The translations under genes and the position numbers were made by a program. A stretch of 39,081 nucleotides of DNA from Polyangiaceae bacterium (lineage in GTDB: Bacteria > Myxococcota_A > Polyangia > Polyangiales > Polyangiaceae), in assembly GCA_035762175.1 (NCBI GenBank), contig DASTPP010000105.1, positions 1 through 39,081 on the forward strand. Reading direction: 5' to 3'. Every line of letters begins with the position of its first letter. Positions within the stretch are counted from its first letter, which is position 1. Under the pieces are notes generated by a model. It saw nothing but the letters and a program-made list of their open reading frames with translations. It had not been told where the DNA came from and ran no database searches. Shown one piece after another: positions 10,631 through 18,677 of this stretch.

Positions 10631-10947
10631 TAAGATCCGGCCCCGGGGCGCGGCCGGCGGGCGGAGGGTAAGAACCGGCAAGATCCGGCCTCGGGGCGCG
10701 GCCAGCGGCCGGCGGGCACGGCTGGGGCCGGCGGCGGGCGCGGCGGGGGGCCCCGGCGGGCGCGGCGGGGGCCCCCGGCCGTGGGCGATGCGGCGAGGGG
10801 CGGCAGCGTGCGATGCAGCGGGGGCCCGGGGGTGGGCGCGGCGGTGGCCCCGGGGGCGGGCGATGTGGCGGGGGGCCCCGGGGGCGGGCGTGGCGGGGGC
10901 CCCGGCGGCGGGCGACGCGGCGGCCCGCCTATGGTAGAACGGACCTC
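10631..10947. repeat. GC-rich intergenic tandem-repeat block between cheA and cheW
   Basis: It begins with the palindrome TTAATTAA at the cheA stop. A 30-bp direct repeat 'aagatccggcc(c/t)cggggcgcggcc(g/a)gcgg' follows, then about 7 degenerate tandem copies of a roughly 24-bp unit 'ggcgggcg(n)ggcgggggccccgg'. Confidence 0.6.
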
Positions 10948-11436
10948 GTGGCGGACCTCGTGCGGGCGAACGAACCTGCCCTTCGGCGCGCGAGCGCGGG
11001 CGGCGGGGCGCTCACCGAGTATTTGTCGTTCCGGCTGGGCGACGAGCTGTTCGCGCTGCCGCTGCGCAACGTCCAAGAGCTGTACCCGTACAAGCCGCTG
11101 ACGTACGTGCCGCGCGCGCCCGAGGACGTCATCGGCATCTTGTTCGTGCGCGGCCTGCTCGTGACGGTCATCGATCTGCGGCGCCGGCTGCGGCTGACGC
11201 CCGCCGACGAGCGCGCGCGCGGGCGCATCTTGCTGGTGCCGGGGCCGGAGGGCGAGACGTTCGGGCTCTTGGTCGACGAGGTCGAGCAGGTCTACCGCCT
11301 CGCCGAGTCGGAGGTCGAGGCGGCGGCGAACGTGCTCGGGGGCAACACGGCCGAGTACGTGGCGGGCATCGGGCGGCGCGACGACCAGGTGATCGTGCTG
11401 CTCGCCCTCGGGCCCCTGCTGGCGGCGGGCCGATGA
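10948..11436 (+). CDS. cheW: Chemotaxis coupling protein CheW (copy 1)
   Basis: 'LTEYLSFRLGDELFALPLRNVQEL...IGILFVRGLLVTVIDLRRRL...GLLVDEVEQVYRL' is a CheW-like domain. GTG start chosen at 10948; an alternative is 10960. The stop overlaps the next gene start (ATGA). Confidence 0.8.
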   Translation: MADLVRANEPALRRASAGGGALTEYLSFRLGDELFALPLRNVQELYPYKPLTYVPRAPEDVIGILFVRGLLVTVIDLRRRLRLTPADERARGRILLVPGPEGETFGLLVDEVEQVYRLAESEVEAAANVLGGNTAEYVAGIGRRDDQVIVLLALGPLLAAGR

Positions 11437-11948
11437 CCGAGTCGCGCGCGCGCTCCGGGCCGCAAAAGACCCTGGTGGGCTTCGAGCTGGGCGACGTACA
11501 TTACGCCGTCGACATTGCGCGCGTGATGCAGATCGTCAAACCCCTGCCGATGACGGTGCTGCCCCGCATGCCCGAGGGGCTCGTCGGGGTTTGTGAGTAC
11601 CGGGGCATCGTGACGGCGGTGGTCGACCTGCGGACCCACTTCGGGCTCGAGCCGAAGCCGGTGACGCGCCAGACGAAGTGGCTGGTGCTCGACGTGAGCG
11701 GCCGGCCGCTGGCGCTGGTGGTCGACGGGGTGACCGACGTGTTCGGCGCGCCGGGCGAGCCCTTGCGGGCGCCGCCCTCGTTCGGGGTCGAGCGGCAGGG
11801 CATCTTGGGGGTGGCGTCGCACGGCGCGCGCATGACCTTCGTGCTCGACACGGGGCGCTTCCAGGCGCTGGCGCAGATGCCGCAGTCGATGTCGGTGCCG
11901 CGGCTGAGCGGCGCCTCGCCGCCGGTGGGGGCCGGCTCGAGGTCGTGA
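11433..11948 (+). CDS. cheW: Chemotaxis coupling protein CheW (copy 2)
   Basis: 'LVGFELGDVHYAVDIARVMQIVKPLPMTVLPRMPEGLVGVCEYRGIVTAVVDLR...LALVVDGVTDV' is a CheW-like domain. ATG overlaps the upstream stop, and its own stop overlaps the cheR GTG. Confidence 0.8.
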   Translation: MTESRARSGPQKTLVGFELGDVHYAVDIARVMQIVKPLPMTVLPRMPEGLVGVCEYRGIVTAVVDLRTHFGLEPKPVTRQTKWLVLDVSGRPLALVVDGVTDVFGAPGEPLRAPPSFGVERQGILGVASHGARMTFVLDTGRFQALAQMPQSMSVPRLSGASPPVGAGSRS

Positions 11949-12835
11949 GCCCCCGGCGCGCCGCCCCCGCCTCGTCGGTGCAGGCGCCCGACGCGGCCGA
12001 GATGCGCCAGCTCGCCGAGGTCTTCCGGCAGGAGGCCGGGCTCGTCTTCGCCGACGACTCGGGCTTCGTGCTCGAGCGGCGGCTGCGCGAGCGGGTGGCG
12101 GCGCTGGGGCTGCCCTCGTTCGCGCACTACGTCGACTACCTGCGCTACGACCCGGGCGGGGCGCGCGAGCTCGAAGAGGCGCTCGAGCTCGTCACGACGC
12201 ACGAGACGTACTTCTTCCGCGAGGAGTACCAGCTGCGGGCCTTCCGCGACGAGGTGGTGCCGCGGCTGCGGCAGCTCGCCGGCGCGCGCCGGCGCCTCTC
12301 GGTCTGGAGCGCGGGCTGCGCGACGGGCGAGGAGGCCTACACGGTGGCGATGCTGCTCGCGCACGGGGCGCTGCCGCCGGGCTGGCAGGCGCGCGTCCTC
12401 GGCAGCGACCTGTCGCGCCGCTGCGTCGCCGCGGCGCGCCGGGCGGTCTACGGGCCGGCGGCCTTCCGCTGCGTGCCCTTCGAATTCCGCCAGCAGTACT
12501 TCGCCGAGACCGCCGAGGGCACGGCCGTTTCGCCCCCGATCCGGGCGATGTGCTCGTTCGTCCAGCTGAACTTGCTCGACCGCGACCGGCTCGCGGTGGT
12601 AGGTCGGGTCGACGCCATCTTCTGCCGCAATGTGCTCATCTACCTCGACCAGGAGGCACGGCGCCGGGTGCTCGACAACGTCTACGAGTGTCTCTTGCCG
12701 GGCGGCTTTCTGATGCTCGGCCACTCCGAATCGCTCCTGCACGTGCCGAGCGGCTTCGAGCCGGTGCGCCTGCGCGACGACCTCGTCTACCGAAAGCCCG
12801 AGGGCGCCCAGGCGCGCCGGGGGGGGGCGCCATGA
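11945..12835 (+). CDS. cheR: Chemotaxis protein methyltransferase CheR
   Basis: 'FADDSGFVLERRLRERV...THETYFFRE...LSVWSAGCATGEEAYTVAMLL...IFCRNVLIYLD' carries the CheR N-terminal and SAM-binding domains. Translationally coupled at both ends. Confidence 0.87.
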   Translation: MSPRRAAPASSVQAPDAAEMRQLAEVFRQEAGLVFADDSGFVLERRLRERVAALGLPSFAHYVDYLRYDPGGARELEEALELVTTHETYFFREEYQLRAFRDEVVPRLRQLAGARRRLSVWSAGCATGEEAYTVAMLLAHGALPPGWQARVLGSDLSRRCVAAARRAVYGPAAFRCVPFEFRQQYFAETAEGTAVSPPIRAMCSFVQLNLLDRDRLAVVGRVDAIFCRNVLIYLDQEARRRVLDNVYECLLPGGFLMLGHSESLLHVPSGFEPVRLRDDLVYRKPEGAQARRGGAP

Positions 12836-13926
12836 GCGAGACCGGCGAGCCCAAGCGCATCCGCGTGCTCATCGTCGACGACTCGGCCTACAACCGCAAG
12901 CACATCGCCGACATCTTGAGCTCGAGCGGCGAGATCGAGGTGGTGGGCAAGGCGGGCGACGGCGAAGAGGCCCTGCGCCTCGCGACCCAGCTCAAGCCCG
13001 ACGTCATCACGCTCGACCTCGAGATGCCGCGCATGGACGGCTTCACCTTCCTGCGCATCATCATGGCGCGCCAGCCGACGCACGTCATCGTGGTCTCGAG
13101 CTACAAGCAGACCGAGAACACGCTCAAGGCGATCGAGCTCGGCGCGCTCGACTTCGTGAAGAAGCCGAAGAGCCAGCTGTCGCCGGACGTGACCGAGATC
13201 CGCGCCGAGCTCTTGCAGAAGGTGCTGATGGCCCCGAAGGCGCGCGTGCGGCGGGCGCCGCCCCCGCGCGCCGCGCTGCCCTCGCTGCCCCAGGCGCCGC
13301 AGGCGCCCGCGCTGACCCAGGTGCACCCGCGCGTGGTCGTCGGCATCGCCTCGAGCACGGGGGGCCCGACGGCGCTGCTCGACATCTTCGGGCGGCTGCC
13401 GCGGCTGCCGGCGGCGCTGCTCATCGCGCAGCACATGCCCGACAAGTTCACGCGCACCTTCGCCGAGCGGCTCGACCGCAAGTGCCGCGAGAACCGCGAC
13501 GAGAGCAAGGTGGCCTTCCGCGTGTCCGAGGCGCAGGACAACGACCCGGTGCTCGCCGGCACGGCGTTCGTCTGCCCCGGCCGCCAGTGCATGGAGCTGA
13601 TGGCCCTGCCGAACAACGAGTACCGCCTGCGCACGGGCTCGCCGAGCGGCTCGGACCGCTACGTGCCGAGCGCCGACCGCCTCCTGCGCAGCGTGGCGGC
13701 GGTGGCGGGGGCGCGCTCGGTGGCCGTCGTGCTGACGGGCATGGGCGACGACGGCGTCGAGGGGGCGCGGGCGGTGCGCGACGCGGGCGGGGTGGTGCTG
13801 GTCGAGAGCCCCGAGAGCGCCGTGGTCTTCGGCATGCCGGGGGCGGTCGTGCGCGCGGGGCTCGCGCACCACGTGCTCTCGCTGCCGGCGATCGTCGACT
13901 TCTTGAGCTCGCACGTGCCGCTCTGA
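12832..13926 (+). CDS. cheB: Protein-glutamate methylesterase/response regulator CheB
   Basis: N-terminal REC 'IRVLIVDDSAYNRKHI...VITLDLEMPRMDGFTFL'. C-terminal methylesterase 'VVVGIASSTGGPTAL', 'LLIAQHMP', 'VVLTGMGDDG'. ATG overlaps the cheR stop. Confidence 0.9.
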   Translation: MSETGEPKRIRVLIVDDSAYNRKHIADILSSSGEIEVVGKAGDGEEALRLATQLKPDVITLDLEMPRMDGFTFLRIIMARQPTHVIVVSSYKQTENTLKAIELGALDFVKKPKSQLSPDVTEIRAELLQKVLMAPKARVRRAPPPRAALPSLPQAPQAPALTQVHPRVVVGIASSTGGPTALLDIFGRLPRLPAALLIAQHMPDKFTRTFAERLDRKCRENRDESKVAFRVSEAQDNDPVLAGTAFVCPGRQCMELMALPNNEYRLRTGSPSGSDRYVPSADRLLRSVAAVAGARSVAVVLTGMGDDGVEGARAVRDAGGVVLVESPESAVVFGMPGAVVRAGLAHHVLSLPAIVDFLSSHVPL

Positions 13927-14141
13927 CGCGGGCCGGCGGGCGGGGGCCGCGGGGGCGGGCCGGGGCCGCCAAAGGCCGCGCCGGCCGGGCTTCGACGCGC
14001 TGCGTGGTCGGCCCCGGCGTTGAAGGGCGCGGAAAGGTCCGTTAGAAGGGGCTACCAGAAGGCGGCTCGAGCCCGCCGAAGACTGGCGCCGCCGCAGGCA
14101 CGCGGCCGCGCGGCGCCCCCCCCCGCACGGAGCCACGGACC

Positions 14142-15449
14142 ATGAGCAGTGACGCGACGGCCGCACCGGTCGAGACCCCGCCCACCGACAGGCACGCCTA
14201 CTCGTTCTTTCAGACCATTCAGAGCTACCTCGACCAGGCGGCGGACGCCATCAAGCTCGAGCCCTACGTCCGCACCATTCTGTCGCAGCCGAAGAACGAG
14301 ATCATCGTCAACTTCCCCGTCAAGATGGACGACGGCACCGTGCGGCTCTTCAAGGGCTACCGCGTGCAGCACTCGAACATCACGGGGCCCTTCAAGGGGG
14401 GCATTCGCTACCACGAGGGCGTCACGCTCGACGACTGCAAGGCCCTCGCGGCCATGATGACCTGGAAGTGCTCGCTCATGCGGCTGCCCTACGGCGGCGG
14501 CAAGGGCGGCGTGAAGTTCAACCCGCGCAACGTCTCGCGCGACGAGCTGCAGCGCATCACGCGCCGGTTCTTCCACTCGCTCGGCAACAACATCGGGCCC
14601 GACTTCGACATCCCCGCGCCGGACGTCGGCACCAACGGCCAGATCATGGCGTGGGCGATGGACACCTTCGCCAACACCGTCGGGCACGTGAACAAGCAGG
14701 CCGTCAAGGGCGTGGTCACGGGCAAGCCCGTCGCCTCGGGCGGCACGCTCGGGCGCGACAAGGCCACGGGCCAGGGCGTCGTGCACTGCGTGACCGAGTG
14801 GGCGCGCGACCGCAACTTCGACCTCGAGGGCGCCACCATGACGGTGCAGGGCTTCGGCAACGTCGGCTCGCACCTCGCCGTCATCCTGTCGCGCCTGGGC
14901 GTCTCGACGGTGGCCGTCGGCGACCACAGCGGCTACCTGTTCAACCCCGAGGGCTTCAACGCCCACAAGCTGCAAGACTGGGTCGCCGACCACGGCAGCA
15001 TCGCCGGCTACCCGGCGGGCAAGAGCATCTCGCGCGACGAGTTCTTCTCGGTCAAGGCCGACATCTTCGCGCCCGCCGCGCTCGAGAACCAGGTCGGCGT
15101 GCGCGAGGCGAAGATGCTCGACGTCAAGCTCGTGGCCGAGGGCGCCAACGGCCCGCTGACGCCCGAGGGCGAGCGCGTGCTCGAGTCGCGCGGCATCGAC
15201 ATCCTGCCCGACGTGCTCGCCAACTCGGGCGGCGTCACCGTCAGCTACTACGAGTGGGTGCAGAACAAGCGCAGCGAGTCGTGGTCGCTCGAAGAGGTCG
15301 ACGCCAAGCTCGAGCGCGGCATGAAGCGCGCCTACGCCGACGTGACCGGCATGGCCCGCGCCCGCAAGCTGCCGATGCGCGTCGCCGCCTACGCCGTGGC
15401 GCTCGAGCGCATCCAGTCGATTTACCGCGAGCGCGACATCTTCCCCTGA
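14142..15449 (+). CDS. gdhA: Glutamate dehydrogenase (NAD(P)+)
   Basis: 435 aa with the hallmark GDH motifs 'RVQHSNITGPFKGGIRYH', 'WKCSLMRLPYGGGKGG', 'VQGFGNVG', 'NSGGVTVSYYEWVQN'. Confidence 0.92.
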   Translation: MSSDATAAPVETPPTDRHAYSFFQTIQSYLDQAADAIKLEPYVRTILSQPKNEIIVNFPVKMDDGTVRLFKGYRVQHSNITGPFKGGIRYHEGVTLDDCKALAAMMTWKCSLMRLPYGGGKGGVKFNPRNVSRDELQRITRRFFHSLGNNIGPDFDIPAPDVGTNGQIMAWAMDTFANTVGHVNKQAVKGVVTGKPVASGGTLGRDKATGQGVVHCVTEWARDRNFDLEGATMTVQGFGNVGSHLAVILSRLGVSTVAVGDHSGYLFNPEGFNAHKLQDWVADHGSIAGYPAGKSISRDEFFSVKADIFAPAALENQVGVREAKMLDVKLVAEGANGPLTPEGERVLESRGIDILPDVLANSGGVTVSYYEWVQNKRSESWSLEEVDAKLERGMKRAYADVTGMARARKLPMRVAAYAVALERIQSIYRERDIFP

Positions 15450-15486
15450 GGCCGCCGCGCGCCGGCCGCCCCCGGGCGGGCCTCGC

Positions 15487-16335
15487 TCAGGGGCCGGCGC
15501 CCCCGGCGGCCGGGCGGGGGGCCCGAAGGCGCAGCGCCGCCGCCACGACGGCGGGCAAGACCGCCGCGACGAGCAGGCCGCTCTCGCCGAGCCAGGGCCA
15601 AAGGCGGGGCTTGACCGCCGGGTTGAAGCAGGCCTGCGTCAGCGCGTTCCAGGCGGCGTGCGCCAGCACCGCCGGCCAGACGCTGCCCGTCGTCAGCCGC
15701 AGGTGCCCGACGAAGACGCCGTAGGCGGTCGCCACCGGCACGAACACCAGCGCCGCGGCGGCGGGCGCGCCGGCGCCGGGGCCGTAGGCCCCCGCCACGA
15801 TCAACGGCACGTGCCACAGCGCCCAGACGAGGCCCGAGGCGAGCAGCGGCCTCGGCACGCCCGCTTCGACCATGCGCGGCAACAGGTAGCCCCGCCAGCC
15901 GACCTCTTCGCCCGCCGCGAGCGGCACGAAGAAGGCCGTCACGACCGTGAGCGACAGGAGCGCCGTCCACGCGAAGTGCAGGCGCGGGTCGCCGAGCGAC
16001 GGGAACGGCGCCGGCAGGCGCGCCGGCGCGAAGTCGACGAGCCCGGCCGCCCACGCGCCGCCGTACGCGACGGAGCACGCGGCGAGCGGCACCCCGAGGG
16101 CGGCCGCCGCCGCGCGGCCGAAGCCCCGGCCGAGCCGGAACGAGACGTCGGCGAAGCCCTCGCGGCGGGCGAGTCGGGCCGCGGCGGACGCGACCGCGGG
16201 CACGAAGATGAGGGCCGTGTGCTGCCGCCGCGCCACCCACAGCCAGTAGCCGAGCGCGCTGAGCGGCAGGAGGATGGCGAAATAGAGCGCCAGGCCCCTG
16301 GCCGCCTCGCGCTCGTCGCGTCGTGATCTCGGCAT
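15487..16335 (-). CDS. CPBP-family intramembrane glutamic endopeptidase (CAAX protease/Abi-like)
   Basis: Multi-TM hydrophobic protein carrying the CPBP motifs 'EEVGWRGYLLP', 'ALWH' and 'HAAWN'. The ORF is open to 16350, with an in-frame ATG at 16335. Confidence 0.72.
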   Translation of the reverse strand: MPRSRRDEREAARGLALYFAILLPLSALGYWLWVARRQHTALIFVPAVASAAARLARREGFADVSFRLGRGFGRAAAAALGVPLAACSVAYGGAWAAGLVDFAPARLPAPFPSLGDPRLHFAWTALLSLTVVTAFFVPLAAGEEVGWRGYLLPRMVEAGVPRPLLASGLVWALWHVPLIVAGAYGPGAGAPAAAALVFVPVATAYGVFVGHLRLTTGSVWPAVLAHAAWNALTQACFNPAVKPRLWPWLGESGLLVAAVLPAVVAAALRLRAPRPAAGGAGP

Positions 16336-16531
16336 GGCTCGGCGGGGCACGCCGCCGGCCCTCGCCGGGCCATTGTAAGGGCCCCGCCCGCCGCGCCGTC
16401 GACCTTCTCGCGGCCGTCCGGCGGGCGGCCCCGCCCGCGCCCGCCGTCGCCGCGCCGCCGCCAGGCTCCGCCGCGGGCCTCGTCACGGGGCCCGCCCGTG
16501 CCCCGTCGCGGGCCGTGCTAGGGGGCCGCCC

Positions 16532-16792
16532 ATGCTCCGTTCTCGCGCCCTGCCGGCGTTGCTCGCCGGGCTCTTCGCGTGCGACCCGGCCGCCGCCCCG
16601 GCGCCCGCGTCGCCCCCCGCCCCGGCGCCCGCGTCGTCCCCCGCCCCGGCGCCGGCCGCAGGCGCGGGACGCCGAACGCGCCGCGCGTTTCGGACGTCAG
16701 CGACGTTTGCCCAGGAGCCGCCCAGCCGCCCAGTTCACCCTGGGCGGCGCGCCTCGGGTCGCGTTCCTGGTCGCAACAAGCCCGGTCGGTAG
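16532..16792 (+). CDS. Possible small Ala/Pro-rich lipoprotein (weak call)
   Basis: 'MLRSRALPALLAGLFAC' is a signal plus lipobox. A direct-repeat-encoded '(A)PAPASPPAPAPASSPAPAPA' segment follows. Codon bias deteriorates in the last third. It is followed at once by a hairpin/T-run terminator array. Confidence 0.25.
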   Translation: MLRSRALPALLAGLFACDPAAAPAPASPPAPAPASSPAPAPAAGAGRRTRRAFRTSATFAQEPPSRPVHPGRRASGRVPGRNKPGR

Positions 16793-16795
16793 AAC

Positions 16796-16925
16796 GGCCG
16801 GGCCACCCCGGCGGGGTCGTTCGGTCGCGCCATAGAGCGCTTGGGCCACCCCTCAGGGGTCACGGTGCCGCTCTCGAGAGCGGTTGGGCCACCCCTCAGG
16901 GGTCCTTTTTTGCCTCTTTTTTGAG
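16796..16925 (+). terminator. Array of three ~19-bp hairpin motifs plus a 16-bp perfect palindrome, ending in two T-runs (intrinsic-terminator-like / structured RNA)
   Basis: Hairpin motifs 'gggccaccccggcggggtc' (16800), 'ttgggccacccctcaggggtc' (16841) and the same sequence again (16884) sit about 42 bp apart. The perfect palindrome 'ccgctctcgagagcgg' (16868-16883) lies between the last two. Downstream is 'cttttttgcctctttttt' (16905-16922). Local GC drops markedly. Confidence 0.5.
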
Positions 16926-17046
16926 TGTGCCAGCCTTCGAAGGGCCTCGCGAGCGGTCGAGCTGCCTGTTGGCACAACCCCGGCCGACCCTCGAGGAGCG
17001 TCCCAGGTGGGTGCGCTCAAGCCATGGTGGGGTAGAGTCGTGCGCC

Positions 17047-18162
17047 ATGGGCTCATTCGGCAGGAGGCAACGGCGCTCGCAGGGGCGCAAGCCGCAGGTT
17101 CGTGAGGTGCTGGGTACGTTCAAGGCGCGCCACTTCGAGCCCTTCGTGCGCTCGACCGGCGAGGCGGTGACGGCCGAGGTTCTCGACCCGTGCTTTTACC
17201 CTTCGCCCGCCGAACGCGATTGGCTGGTCGAGCGCCTGCGCCACGACGTCGGGCTGGTGGCCGAGCTCGGCGAGACCGACTTCGTTCGCTACGTCGAGGT
17301 CGTCGTCACCGCCCAGGGCCGGGTGGCGCTCGTCATGGCCGAGCCGCTGAGCGCGGCGTCGCTGACGTCGTACCTGAGGGCCCTGGGCGGGCGGGTGCTT
17401 CCGCCGTTGGCGTACGTCATCACGCGGCGCGTGCTGACCGCGCTCGGAGAGCTGCACGGCCTCGGCCTCGTGCATCGCGCGCTCTCGACCGACACGATCA
17501 TGCTGGGGGGGGCCAACGGCGAGAGCGTGAGGGTCTTGGACGCCGGCCTCGGCGACGCGCTGTTCGAGGCGTCGTTGCGTTCGCCCGAGGCGCGCGGGCA
17601 CGTGCCGGGGGTGCTGCACTACCTGGCGCCCGAGCAGTATTCGGCGTTGCCGGTCGACGGGCGAGCCGACCTCTACGCGGCGGGCGTCATCTTTTACGAG
17701 ATGCTCGCCGGGCGACACCCCCTGTTCGACGACGATCGGGGGCTCACCTACCACCCGGGGGCCCGCAGGCGCATGGTGGCCGGCGAAGGGTTCTTCCCCC
17801 TCGGCCACTTCGCCCCCGAGTACGCCGGCTCGCGCGTCGAGTGGGTCTTGGCCCGGGCGACGTCGCCTTTTGCGCATCTACGGTTTCAAACGGCGCAAGA
17901 GCTCTTCGGCGCGCTCGACGAGCTGTGGGTCGACTTCATGGGCCCCGACGAGCTACCGCTCGAAGAGCGGCTCCGGCGCGCGGCCGACGGCGAGCCGCTG
18001 CAGCTGACCGAGCGCGACATCGAGCGCATCAAGGCGGGCGAGATCGAGCTGGTCAAAGGCGATCTCGCCACGCTCACGCCGGGGCGGCTGGATGTGTTGA
18101 GCGTCACCCACGAACCGGGGGCGGGGGGCCCGGGTGACACCGGGGGCGGGGGGCCGGGGTGA
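17047..18162 (+). CDS. Protein-kinase-like protein with degenerate catalytic motifs (probable pseudokinase)
   Basis: ATG at 17047. Kinase-fold landmarks are present but catalytic residues are altered: 'LVHRALSTDTIML' in place of HRDLKPxN, 'VLDAGLG' in place of DFG, and 'YLAPEQ' (APE). No glycine loop or VAIK lysine is recognisable. The C-terminal Gly/Pro tail is encoded by 25-bp tandem repeats. Confidence 0.6.
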   Translation: MGSFGRRQRRSQGRKPQVREVLGTFKARHFEPFVRSTGEAVTAEVLDPCFYPSPAERDWLVERLRHDVGLVAELGETDFVRYVEVVVTAQGRVALVMAEPLSAASLTSYLRALGGRVLPPLAYVITRRVLTALGELHGLGLVHRALSTDTIMLGGANGESVRVLDAGLGDALFEASLRSPEARGHVPGVLHYLAPEQYSALPVDGRADLYAAGVIFYEMLAGRHPLFDDDRGLTYHPGARRRMVAGEGFFPLGHFAPEYAGSRVEWVLARATSPFAHLRFQTAQELFGALDELWVDFMGPDELPLEERLRRAADGEPLQLTERDIERIKAGEIELVKGDLATLTPGRLDVLSVTHEPGAGGPGDTGGGGPG

Positions 18163-18215
18163 CGCCGGGGGCGGGGGCCGGGGTGACGCCGGGGGCGGGG
18201 GCGCGCGCTGAGGGC
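18115..18215. repeat. ~25-bp tandem repeat (about 3.5 copies) spanning the 3' end of the kinase-like gene
   Basis: 'gggggcggggggccgggtgacaccgggggcggggggccggggtgacgccgggggcgggggccggggtgacgccgggggcgggggcg'. Its unit is 'ccggggtgac(g/a)ccgggggcggggg'. Confidence 0.6.
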
Positions 18216-18253
18216 CGGGCGCCGGCCCGGGCGGTCGCCGCCTCGTCGCGGGC

Positions 18254-18511
18254 TTGGGCGGGGCGACGTTGGCGCTGCATCGCGTGGCCCTCGACGGCAC
18301 GGGCGCGCGCGTGCTCGGGCGCGTGGCCGTGGCCAACGGCACGTCGTACCGGGCGCAGTCGCTGCGGCCGGCGCACCTGGCCTTCGGCGGCGGCTTCGTC
18401 TACTTCAGCGACCAGGGCACGCTGACGGGCGACGTCGAGGCTGCGATCAACCCGCGGCTCGAGGGGGTGCGCGGTCAGGCCGACGGGGCGGTCTACCGGC
18501 TGCCGCAGTGA
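18254..18511 (+). CDS. Hypothetical small protein (85 aa), weak call
   Basis: Good GC3 bias throughout: '...GTSYRAQSLRPAHLAFGGGFVYFSDQGTLTGDVEAAINPRLEG...'. There is no recognisable domain and it may be a remnant. Confidence 0.3.
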   Translation: MGGATLALHRVALDGTGARVLGRVAVANGTSYRAQSLRPAHLAFGGGFVYFSDQGTLTGDVEAAINPRLEGVRGQADGAVYRLPQ

Positions 18512-18570
18512 GGGGGCGGGGGCGAGGGCGGCGGCCGAAGAGCCGTCGCCTACCCCGGCGCCCCAGCCGG

Positions 18571-18636
18571 CGGGGCCTGAGCGCGACGTCAGCGGGGCCT
18601 GAGCGCGACGTCGGCGGGGCCTGAGCGCGACGTCGG
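18571..18636. repeat. Perfect 22-bp x3 tandem repeat
   Basis: 'cggggcctgagcgcgacgtc(a/g)g' repeated three times head-to-tail. It lies in the convergent intergenic region just downstream of the 513-aa gene. Confidence 0.7.
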
Positions 18637-18677
18637 AAGCGGGCCGCGTGAGGCCGCGAAGCGTTCGGGCCGCGCCC

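Noticed and set aside
10631-10947. Possible CRISPR array; also considered for the 18571-18636 and 23063-23244 repeats
   Set aside because: The repeats are contiguous or degenerate and have no unique spacers of regular length. There are no cas genes. They are GC-rich microsatellite-like tandem repeats.
16955-16990. Possible sigma54 promoter ('tTGGCACaacccCGGC') upstream of the pseudokinase
   Set aside because: There is a -24-like TGGCAC element, but no TTGC -12 element at the correct spacing.
16579-17046. N-terminal 156 codons of the 527-aa ORF that contains the kinase-like gene
   Set aside because: The upstream part is Pro/Arg-rich, crosses the hairpin/T-run terminator array and a low-GC spacer, and has poor codon bias. 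The coherent protein begins at ATG 17047.
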